Shown here: piece after piece, positions 11,736 through 22,981 of the stretch | Layout: each line of letters begins with the position of its first letter | Position numbering within the stretch: position 1 is the first letter of the stretch | From: Azolla caroliniana | Lineage: Eukaryota; Plantae; Polypodiophyta | Direction: 5' to 3' | Length of the DNA: 64,000 bases | Assembly: GCA_043228905.1 (NCBI GenBank) | Contig: JBHGNT010000014.1 | Location: forward strand, 6,262,001-6,326,000 | Program-made: the position numbers and the translations under genes | The notes under the pieces: generated by a model | What the model saw: the letters and a program-made list of their open reading frames with translations, nothing else | Told to the model about the DNA's origin: nothing | Databases searched by the model: none

Positions 11736-12618
11736 GAGATTGAAAGAATATTTATCACACCACAATGATGTCGCAAAGCACGTGACACATGTGCCGAACG
11801 TTGCGATGTTCGCGTTACACGTGCGCAGACGAGCACCGACTTTTATCCGCAAGTGGTGATGGAGGGTTGAAAGGATCATTCAAGACAATGAAGCGGAACC
11901 GTCAATGTTTAGACGAAAGGACTAGCGCAAGCGAGAAAGTATTAAAGATAGATAATTACGAACGAGAATTCCAATCGCCGATTTGAACCTTTGACTTTGA
12001 ATTTGAGATACAAGATAGATTGCCAATGAGATAACTAAGCTTTTATTATTAATGATTGATTACAAACATTGCTTTTCTTTCTTTTCCTTCCTCTCCTTCT
12101 TATATACATGCCCCCATGCATATGTGCATGTGAGGGTGTAGTACATGGATGCAATGCATGAGATGTATGCAATGCATGATTGTCATTTGGCGATCATGTA
12201 TCACATGTGATGCATGATGACCATGTACCTTATCCAAGTCTTATGAACAAGCACTTACATGTGAAAAGTACAATGAAAAAAATAACTTTTAAGGAAACAA
12301 CCTAGTCTAATGGTATATCAATTGTCTCCTATCTTGGAGGTGTAAGGATCAAACCTTTACTTGCACCTCATTGTATACATTAAGCTTTTTTTATATATTT
12401 GTATAATGAACACCCAAACCCACATCACATGTACACATTAATGTTTTAACATACATGTCTAACCATCACTCCTTTTGTACGTGTGCACATTGCACCAAGT
12501 TCTTGATTTCCCTTGTTTCACATGATTTTCCTACTGTTGCCGAAAATCTTCACGACATCCACCCCCACCAAACCGCATGTCCTCCAGTACGTGCCAAGAA
12601 GTGAAAGTGAGATTTCGG

Positions 12619-15600
12619 CTACAGTGATCGACCAATTTCCTCCATGTCTTCATTAATCTCACTCATATTATCTTCATTGTTGAGGTCATCTAGGTTAGGA
12701 CCCTCATCTTGTCTTTTCTTGAATATCTTTAGTCTTTTCCTCGCAATGGCTATGGTTAGCCTCGATCCATCTAGCTCCGCGAGGTGATAGGTTGCGTTGT
12801 CATTGGCACTCATCACTACATACGGTCTGAACCACCTTCTTGCGAACTTCCTTGTCGTCCTGTGTTGGTTGTCTAGGATGTTGTCGTAGACCAATACCCA
12901 ATCTCCTTCTTCGATCTTCTTGGGACGCAGTCGGTGTGTCTTATCAAACTGAATCTTATTCTTCACGCGGGTTGTCTCCATTATCTTTCGCGCATTCTCT
13001 AGGTCTTCGGGTCTTCTTTCAAGTTGCCTGATTCGTGCCGCCAATAATTCTTCCCGGCTCATCTCATTCTCCCATGGTATTGCTACCCATGAGGCGATCG
13101 TCCTCTCAATGGGCATTACTTGTTTTCTGTGCATACATGAGCTCTGTTGGGATATAGCTTGTCACGGAACTGTGCGTTGTTCTATCGGCCCACAATGCAT
13201 AGAGCAATAATCGCGGCCAATTCCCAACTTAACCATCACATGCTCGTACGATGGTTTTGACTATCGGCCCATGCCCTCGCTCGATCTTCCCATTTGCTTC
13301 CGGATTATAGGCAGTTGTGAGGGAGAGTTTTACACCTAGTCGTTCGAAGAGCTCCATGGCTTCGTGTGCATCTAGCTCCCCTCGGTCAGCCACTATCTTT
13401 CCCACACATCTGTATCTGCAAACGACCTCTTCAAGCAAAAATTTGCATATGGCTACTATCGTCTTATTTGCTAAGGCTCGTCCTTCTACCTAGTTTGTCA
13501 GGTCTTCCCTTGCTAGTACCAAGTACTTCATCTGTCCCACTCCCATTGGCATCGAGACCAGATCCACCATCCATTTAAAGTGTATGGTGAGTGGGTATGT
13601 TGGTCGCCACTCATCACGGTGACGTACGCTCGAATGTACTTGACAGCTTTTGCATGTGGACACGAAATGTAGCACATCTTTATACATGCTTGGCCACCAG
13701 TACTTCTCCTTTAGCTTTTCAAACGTTGCCCACATTCCTCTATGACCTGCCCATGGACTTTCGTGAAATTCAGACATCAATGTTGCTTGGTCATCTTTCT
13801 TCACCACTACTCATCGTGGCATTCCCATCCTTCTCTTTGGATGTCACCAGAGGAATCCTCCCTTCAGAAAGTACCGGTAAGCTTTCTTCCGTATTCGTAG
13901 AGCCTCCTCCTTCGTCCATGAAGCATCCACCATCATTGTTCTGAAGAATCTGCCGATTAGTAGCCACTCCCCTTCATACTCGTTCTCGTTGAAAGCGTGG
14001 AGGGTTGGCGTGCCTCTATCTTCTGCTGATAGTCGAGCTGCCTTGAAGAAGTCGAGGGCGACGTCTTCATCTTCCGAAACCATGTCACCTTCATCCTCGA
14101 ATCTTGCTCTTGACAGCATGTCATCCATGGCGTTGTTCTTCCCGGCAATGTGGCGGATCTCTGGGTTCAAAGACTTGATATACGCGATCCACCTCAGCAT
14201 AGCTACATCTAGTGTCGCACATCCAGAGATCATCCCAAGGATTCGGAGGCAATCTGTTTCAATTACTACCTTCGACCCAATCAAGTAGTCCTTGTCTACC
14301 TTCACCGCAAACACAATAACCCAGAGTTACCGCTTTACTTGGGCGTATCCTCGCTGTCACTCGCTAAGGACCTTTGCTCTGAACCGGATGGCGTACCATG
14401 TGCTATCTTCACCGCAAACACAATAACCCAGAGTTACCGCTTTACTTGGGCGTATCCTCGCTGTCACTCGCTAAGGACCTTTGCTCTGAACCGGATGGCG
14501 TACCATGTGCTATCTTCTCCTTCTTGGTTGATGACCCATCCAATTCCCGTTGGACTCATATCTACCGTGATGTAGATGGGCATCCCTTCTTTGTAGACCG
14601 CTTTCCTTAAAGTTGGTGCTGCCACTAGTAGCCCTTTTAATCTCTTCATCGCCTCTGTGTGTATTGGTTCCCATTTGAATTTTCTTCCTTTTTTTAGTAA
14701 CCCATACAAGGGTTCAACCACATGAGCATAGTGCGGAATCCAAATGTGGTAGAACGCACATGCTCCTAAGAATCTTTGGACCTCTGTCTGCGTTCCACAT
14801 TCCTCTTGCATCTCTTGAATAGCATTCACCTTCTCGGGAGAGGGTTTTCGTTCATATGGTCCACAAAGATGTCCCACCACTAGTATCTCGCGTTGGCCAA
14901 ATGCTGATTTTTCTCCGGAGAATGTAAGCCCTGCACCTTCTATTCTTTCTAGCACTCTTCCACAATCTCTAATATTGTTTGAGACAAATCTTCGACATCC
15001 ATCTTGATCGAGAGACTCGTCCTTCTCTGATTCGGGGCACCCCTTTATTGGGATATCATCGAGGAAAGGCATCGTAATATTTGGGATGCAATCTCTTAAT
15101 AATTTGTTCATGGCATTCATCATGTGGGCCACCGATTTAGTTGCCCCTTGCGGTAATGTACACATCCTTACTAGCCCGATGGGAGTCCGCATCGTTGTGA
15201 TGTCTTGACTATCCAAAGACAATTGAAATTGGTCGTATCTAGAAAACAAGTCTCCAATCGAGTAAATCAACCTTCCTGCAAAAGCTTCAACAAACTCATC
15301 AACACTAGGCCCAATACCAACATTACGAATGGTGACCTTGTTTACCGGTTGCAGATCTTGGATAAATCGAAGTGCTCCATTCTTTTTCGGCACTGTGAAC
15401 CACCGATTTGAGTAAGGCGCATTAGATGGCTCAAGGATTCCCATTCTAATCTTTTCTTTTAACAACTCCAACTATCGTGGAATATGAGCTCTTGGAACGG
15501 GAATTGGCTTCAAGTTCCATGGCACATGGGGTATTGTAAAGATAACCATTGGTTCCACAAGCGTTGGGTCAACACATCTGATTTCTTGTGGGGAAAAGGC

Positions 15601-18374
15601 AAATGCTTTCCCGTGTTGCTCCAACATTCTTGGAACTTGGACTCTTCTTTGGGAAGCAAAAACTCAACCCCACCAACTTTGAGCTTCCGTTGAGTTTCGT
15701 CGGTGAAGACATGCCCTATTCTTTTCGGGTCTCTAAGGCACGGATCTTGTGCTACATCCTTTATTCGCTGCCAACTGTCTTTAGGCAAGAGAGTAGCCAC
15801 AGGTTTGACCTTCTTGTCCACAGTCTTGTACTTGGTATTAACTTCGACTTCATCTGTCGCGACACCTTGTTCGTATTCATTGATGGCGGTGTATAAGGCG
15901 ACAAAGTTTATTGGAATCATTCTGTTGACTTGCAGTTTCGATTTGATGACTTCCTCCATTTCCCCAAGAGTATCATCAAATGATTTCATCTCCATGTACC
16001 CATTTATTGCCTCTTCCTAGCTTATAATCCCAATTTCTCTAAGTTGTTCCTCTAGGATTCCTATTTTAATATCTCTTCTACTTACGTTGTTAAATTTACA
16101 CATCCCATTTTCAGAAAGCAAGACTTCATTTTCATTAATGGGGTGACAACTTTTATTACACTGAATTGGGGACATAGTTAGATGTCCTAGACTATTGTTG
16201 TTCCTCTCCCTAATAGCCCAAATTAAAAATCCTCCCTAACTTCTTTCCCTAAGCTATGCCTATTTCTTTCATGGTTCGATCGTACCGTGAGGAATTGAAC
16301 CGAGCTTGTCCCATCTTGACTTCGTATCCGCACATATGCTGAAACCATTATCAAGTACCTTTGTCCCCATCCGGGATGCTGTTATGTAAGGCTCGCCAAG
16401 GATGACAGGATGTGACACCGATTCCTGTACAAAAAAGTGTTGATCATGCTCAACGTCACCAATAGTTACCTTAACGTTACGGAAGGCCCCATGAAGCTCT
16501 TCTGTTGCCCTAGTTGCCACTCGAATCTTCCACCCATGCCTAGTATTAATGGGCCAACGACCTTTCCGATAGAAGTCAAGAGACATGAGGTTGATCTCTG
16601 AGCCATGATCAATGAGTGCCACCACCGAATCTTTCAACTCTCCCATCTGCACCGGTGTCTTGGTAGTAGCCCTAGCCCAATGTGGCCTTGCAAAATGGCT
16701 ATCCACAAATTCTTGTTCAATTTCGAGACCTTCCATTGTGATAGCGCTCGTCGAGACATTCGTCGGTTTGGTTCCTTCTTCACTTGTTGTTAGCCTCTTC
16801 CTTTTTATTAAGTCAATGATGACATCATGAAATTCTTTCTTTGCAATTCCTAAGACCTCCTGTAGTGTGAACTCGATTGGGCTATCTAGGATTCTTTCTT
16901 CCATCACATGCTTAAGGTCGGTGGATTGCTCTATCTCCGAGTGTAGTTTGAACGCCGGTCCGATTCTTTCCTTCCCTCTTTCGGTTATTGTTTGGGGCGG
17001 TCATGATTCCTCCCTTCTCCGAACAACTTCTCTTGTGTCATGTTTCTTTGAAGAGCCTGATTGGTCATCGGGTCTTTTCCGTTTCTCTTCAACTAGGACG
17101 TCGTAGTTTTGACACATGGCCTCGACGAAGCTAGACTTCTCCTCCACAGGGTCCTCCCATCCCGTCATTTCTTAGACTCTTCATTCTGCTTTGAGTGCCT
17201 CGTTCATGCGGAGCTTCCCTTTTCCGACTTGATTCAATATGATTGGCCAAAACTCTCCTACTTGAGATTCTTGGGCTCTCGTCTCGTGTCCAGCCCGAAT
17301 TCTAGCTGATGAGGAATAGTAAATACTATTCACTTTGTTTTCTTCCATTTCCTCCATCAACTTCTTCATACCTCCTCGGCCGAAGTTGGTGTTCAGAGGA
17401 CGTTGTGTCACCAAGGAGTGAATCCGATTGTTGGAGAGATAAATGATATCTCGTCGGAGGGCATTTTGGAATTCTAAGCAATCTCTCTATTGGTGTTCCA
17501 AGGAGTCACACCAAATACACCTACGGGGAAAGTCCAAGCGACGACCCGGAAAACTTTGGGTTTCCTCCTTTCTAATTTGAGAAATTCTCATCTCTCGAAG
17601 CATGTCTACAAGTTCATCCATTCTGGCTCCATCTCTGGGTTGAGCCACTTCATCATCCCTCGGTCTTTGGGCTTGTGGTTCTTGTCTCGCGTTGTGAGCT
17701 TGCCAACCAATTTGAGCTGCAACATTTGATCTTGTCTCGTTGTCCCATTGTCGACGCTTATCAAAACGTCCACATGCTCTCTTCACTGCTGCCTAGTCAT
17801 TAATGAGGCCTTCATCATTCTCTAATAGTAGCCCATGATCTCTTCGATCTTTCTCATCTACTGATTTGATAAATAGGAGCACCTTGCTGGAATCAAGAAT
17901 CGTTTTGTCAAGTGCAGGCAGACGATCAAATCTTTGCTCGAACTCGTGCAACATCGCACTCACACTGAACTCTTTGTTAGAAGACTCCACCAAGTCCATT
18001 AAATCTTTCTTTGTCATTCAAGATGAGTCACCAAACCCATATTCTTCAAGTAAACTTTGTTCGAAAGATGACCATTCAGGATTGGCCTCTTGTAGCTCTA
18101 AGACCCGAGAGTAAAGATTTGAAGTTACAATCCATGAAAAGCTTGCCACTTGTCTTGCCATAGAAATACTCTTTTTCCGCATTTCTGTTTTGTAGGTTTC
18201 AAGGTATCGTGTCACATCTCTACCATCAAAGCATCCATTGACATCCACGATCCTATCGATGGCAACGTCAAGGCCTGCGACGTTGTCTCTCTCCTGAAGC
18301 ATTTGGTCCATCATCCTCGCCATTGCTTGTGTTAGACTATCATTAGAGTCTCTAGGATTCAAAGTTCTGGCCAT
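12619..18374 (-). pseudogene. pol: Disrupted gag-pol of gypsy E
   Basis: gag 18374-17181 (CIWCDSLEH), PR 16907-16269 (LIDHGSEIN), RT 15471-14464 (LPQGA, PFLDD), RNase H 14314-13844, IN 13807-12619 (GHRG..C..C, ADRGE, YNPEANG, RWF.PY). Confidence 0.92.
14300..14517. repeat. 107-bp tandem duplication inside the RNase H region of E
   Basis: TTCACCGCAAACACAATAACCC.. occurs at 14301 and again at 14408. Confidence 0.9.
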
Positions 18375-18537
18375 CCTCCCTTGCCGTTCTTCACATCAGA
18401 TTCACGAATTAATGTCGTGGAAATCCGCGCTTGCGGGTCGGTCGAACGGGACGAACGAGGTCTTTGACCAAGGAGGATGGTTTACAATCGGACAATCGGG
18501 TTGTTCTTGTTGTCGAAGATGCTTGTGTGGGTTGACT

Positions 18538-18592
<55 letters not shown>

Positions 18593-19924
18593 ACAAGATT
18601 GAAAGAATATTTACCACACCACAATGATGTCACAAAGCACGTGACACATGTGCCGAACGTCGCGATGTTCGCGTTACACGTGTGCAGACGAGCACCGACT
18701 TTTATCCGCAAGTGGTGATGGAGGGTCGAAAGGATCGTTCCAGACAATGAAGCGGAACTGTCAATGTTTAGACGAAAGGACTAGCGCAAGCGAGAAAGTA
18801 TTAAAGATAGATAATTACGAACGAGAATTCCAATCACCGGTTTGAGCCTTTGACTTTGAATTTGAGATACAAGATAGATTGCCAATGAGATAACTAAGCT
18901 TTTATTATTAATGATTGATTACAAACATTACTTTTCTTTCTTTGCCTTCCTCTCCTTCTTATATACATGCCCCCATGCATATGTGCATATGAGGGTGTAG
19001 TACATGGATGCAATGCATGATTGCCATTTGGCGAGTGTGCACATTGCACCAAGTTCTTGATTTCCCTTGTTTCACGCGATTTTCCCACTGTTGTCAAAAA
19101 TCTTCACGACACCGCTCAAATTGGAGTTGAGTGGCAAGATGGTCATAATCCAACTGTTCTACCAGCCGCCTCAGAGCCGCCAATTGTTCTCCTACCAGGG
19201 ACACGAAATCTTCTGACAAATCCTCCCGGATGGTTACAACGCTCTCCACATCTGTTAAGCACTGGGATAACAACACAACCAGTCATGAATAAGAGCACAT
19301 CAAGAAGGACGTATAGGAAACATGAAGAGGAAAAGACGCAAAGAGACGTCCAAGTGTGAAAGGGCCCATACCCTAAACGTGAAAGCTATATAAACCACAT
19401 AGTAGTGGCTTTGTGGGGGTTTTCCCATTTGTAAAGATCTCCTAAGTGATTAAGAGCTAGAAGCTTCCTCTCCTCTTTCTTGTAACCTTTAAGTTTAAGA
19501 GAGATTAGTGAAGTGTTTAGTTAGAGAACACTAATCTCTCTTCCTTGTTGATGCTAGACCTCTTAGCAAAGAGGGTTAATAAATATATTCATTAATCTTG
19601 TTGTCTACATTCATTACCCCATTGTTTATGAGAGCGAGCTTGAGAGAGTGAGAGAGATATTGTGCCTAATCATCTATTAGTTGTTAAGTGAGTGTGAGGC
19701 TGAGAGGTGCCCGACAACCATCTCCGCCCGATTCTCCATCAAGAGGGTATACGCCGGTCCTCCCGCCATGACATCGAGGAGCTTACTCCATCGATACATA
19801 GATCCTTCACATCTATTTGACACCGCTGCCAGGGATACGACTGACGCTTGAAGCCTATTTTGAGTAGTCAAAAACTCGTAGGCAATCCACTTAACAAAGG
19901 AAGAAATTGAAAAGGGAACCACTA

Positions 19925-20060
19925 TTTTCTGTTTTGCCTCACTAATTCATAGTTCAATTAAGTTGATTTTCTATTTTTCCCACTAATTCATAGTTTAATT
20001 AAGTTGATTTTATGTTTTTCCCACTAATTCATAGTTTAATTAAGTTGATTTTCTGTTTTT
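19925..20060. repeat. 41-bp tandem repeat, three copies, in the F 5' UTR
   Basis: CACTAATTCATAGTT[C/T]AATTAAGTTGATTTT.. at 19940, 19981 and 20022. Confidence 0.9.
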
Positions 20061-20269
20061 GAAAGAAGTTTTGAACTACTCCCTCTTAATCGCCTGGACA
20101 TCAACAAGCTATTCATTCGGTTAACACCTAACATTGTGGAGATTGAACCGTTACAAGGCAAGCATAACCACCGCGAGTCTCCAGCTTACGATCATCCCAC
20201 GGGACACGAAACGACCGTTGGCGCCAAAAAGTTCAAATTTCCCACGTAAAGTTCGTCGAAAGAACAGAG

Positions 20270-20369
20270 TTCGACGAAGGTTCATCCTTCGACGAACGTG
20301 CATCCTTCGACGAACGTTCATCCTTCGACTAAGGTTCATCCTTCGACTAAGGTTCATTCTTCGACGAAC
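20270..20369. repeat. 18-bp tandem repeat (~5.5 copies) just upstream of F gag
   Basis: TTCGACGAAGGTTCATCC unit with variants. Confidence 0.9.
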
Positions 20370-20392
20370 CTACAAAAGCTTGACCAGAAAAC

Positions 20393-22981
20393 ATGGTCGG
20401 ATCCTCATTGACAGAGATGTTCAAAACCCGACCCGCACACCAGGAGGAGTCCACCCAAACCAACCAAACACATGATGCCATCCCACCTAACCCGACTGGG
20501 TACCACGGAGGGTGGCTAACTCCGGGGATGCTACCAAACATGAACCTCCCATCGAGCCCAGGAACTAAAGCACCTCTCAACACACCCCCACTACAGGAGA
20601 GCCCAATGGCAGACCCACTTAGCGTAGAGCGACACATACGAGACGCAACGCAAGAGTTACGGGTGCTAGAACACAAAATCAATCTATGGACAGTACAGCT
20701 CGCGAAGGGAGGACAACCAGAAAACATCACTCGAGACATCGATGCCGCTTTGGCGGAAAGGAAAGATAGATTCGCACGAGTGCAACAAAAACTTCACCTC
20801 CTAGAAACATCATCGCACATGCATCACCAAGGTCATGAGCACAGCTTCGTACCACATTTGAGCACAACAGGCAACAACCCGAACAAAGCCCACACACAAC
20901 GACACCTGACACCACCACGCATGGGCACAACCCCTACACTCGCCCAAGCTACCCCTACACCCCCAAACGCCGAACTCGCACTAGCGCTACAATCCATCCA
21001 AAATCTTGTAGCATTGATGGAGAAAGAGCGAGCACCCACAGACCATACGAGAAACCTCACAAATGACAGCGGGAAGAGTGCTTCCATTTCTAAACTAGTA
21101 CCCCGTTTCCTCGGTTTCGGTGATGCATATGATAACATCAAGAGGTTCAAACAAATTTGTCGCGCTTATGAACCCCTCACAAAGATCACCAAGGTAGCCG
21201 CATTTGGACTTACACTTGATGATCAAGCCGGAATTTGGTTTCGAACCTTGAATGAAGACATCGTCGCCGATTTCGAGTATGTCATCGAAGATTTCTTGAT
21301 AAACTTCACTCGTCGAGGGAATAAATGGAATCTGATTGACCAACTTTTTGCCCTCAAGCAAGAAGCAAACGAAACTGTCAGGGACTACATACATCGCACG
21401 AAAATCCTGCACCATTATTGTAGCCCAAGCGACAAAATTTCGGACGACAAATTGATGAGCCTTTTCATTAATGGGTTGTTCGATCCGATACTCCAAAATT
21501 TCTTGATTGCCAGGATGTGTCGATCATTCGCTAAAGCCTGCACAGTAGTGATGACCTTTCAAGATTCAATGAGTGGGTTACGGATACCCACTCAAGCACC
21601 CATGAACAACCGCGAGAAATCCTCAAACCCCACCCCTACTCTACGCACACCCCCGCGACCACTCCGTGTAGAAAGACCCCAAGCATACGCCCAACGAGAA
21701 AATGTAAGGTGCACGGTATGCCACGACCACCACACAGGACATGAGTGTCCCCTCCTCCATCAATGACGGCCGCAATACTGTAAGTGGTGCAAAGCTTTCG
21801 TGATGCATACTCAAGAGAACTGTTGGCAAGCCCCCACCGGAAGGTACGACCACACGCCAATGGTGGAACACCCACGCTCACCTCCACCACTTAGCTGCCC
21901 ACAACTACCAACGATACTCCCTCAACACCCCCCACTACCACGCATCGGCGCACGCCTCGCCAAACTAGAATATACCACAGATAACCAAACCCAGGTCAGG
22001 GCGAGCGCCCCCGAATATGAAGACTCGTGCTGAGAGTATGGCGTTGAAGAAGAGGTGTTGTCCCACTTTGTGGACTTCGAAGGTGACCAAATACCAGTGT
22101 ACGTCCTGAGAGGGGAACAATGTGGGCCCCCAATGGGATATCGCAACAACAATGGTCTAAGGAGGTCAGAATTGAAGTGTTTCAACTACCAAGGCCCACA
22201 TATGGTTAGCGAGTGCCCAACCAAACATGAATACTACAACCGGATGGCCCAACGACCACGACACGTCCCACTCGACACGCCCCCATAACCACTGGTGCAA
22301 GGTCTCCCTCAACAGTCACAGGACCTTATCGAATGATTCCAAAGAGAAGCAGCATGCCCAGGGTGTGGTAAGGAACACTTAGTACCTGATTGCCTGGAAA
22401 AGAAGAAAAGGGTCGGCACAAATCTGTTGTCCATCGTACCATCCACGATCGGTGCCAATGTCATCACACGGGACCACTGAGTAGCTCACAATTTAAAATA
22501 CCAAGATCAAGGTCTCCCTGCGGTCACACATAAGAGACGAAAATCTAGAAAGAATAATTCCACACAGGTCTCAAAACAAGATCAAGAACCGGAGGAAGAC
22601 ATAGAAACATTACCTGTCAATCCTAACCAAGAGCTGCCGGCACACCTAGCGGCATACCCAAACCCAGTAGCCGAGAAACAAAAGGTAGAAGAATACATTA
22701 AGCTCATACGCCACGAACAGTTCGAAAAATCACTTAGTCTCCCAAGCTTAAACTTCGACCAATTGGAAGAATGGGTAAACCCCTCACCTCCCCCCGTCGT
22801 CACACCAACCGACACCCCCACTTGCCATCCTACCCCGATCAAAGAGGTCAACACAGCCCTACTCCAGCAAATCTTAAATTTAAGATTACGACTCACATTA
22901 CGCAAAATGCAGAGCTACACTGATGCCTTCGTAGCATCAACCCCCTACTATGACCTCTACTCGCCAAGGAGATAAGAGTTC
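20393..22981 (+). pseudogene. gag: gag of element F (457-aa intact part plus in-frame continuation through stops)
   Basis: Retrotrans-gag-like core (AGIWF, LKQEANETVRDY, FINGL); ORFs at 21800 and 22055 share the frame; multiple CCHC motifs. Confidence 0.85.

Larger units (their letters stand above)
11582..19111 (-). mobile_element. Full-length Ty3/gypsy element E (non-chromovirus, tRNA-Trp PBS, possibly Phygy-like), decayed
   Basis: 3' LTR 11582-12557, 5' LTR 18413-19111 (internal deletion), TSD CCGC/CCGC, degenerate Trp PBS ~18391-18408, PPT at 12558; order gag-PR-RT-RH-IN. Confidence 0.93.

Noticed and set aside
18402-18747. SLSLSL / ERERER ORFs (also 11651-11879, 28515-28724, 44078-44281)
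   Set aside because: Translations of (GA/CT)n microsatellites inside LTRs
19925-20369. CRISPR-like array from the 41-bp and 18-bp repeats
   Set aside because: Head-to-tail repeats without unique spacers, no cas genes, and located in a eukaryotic retroelement UTR
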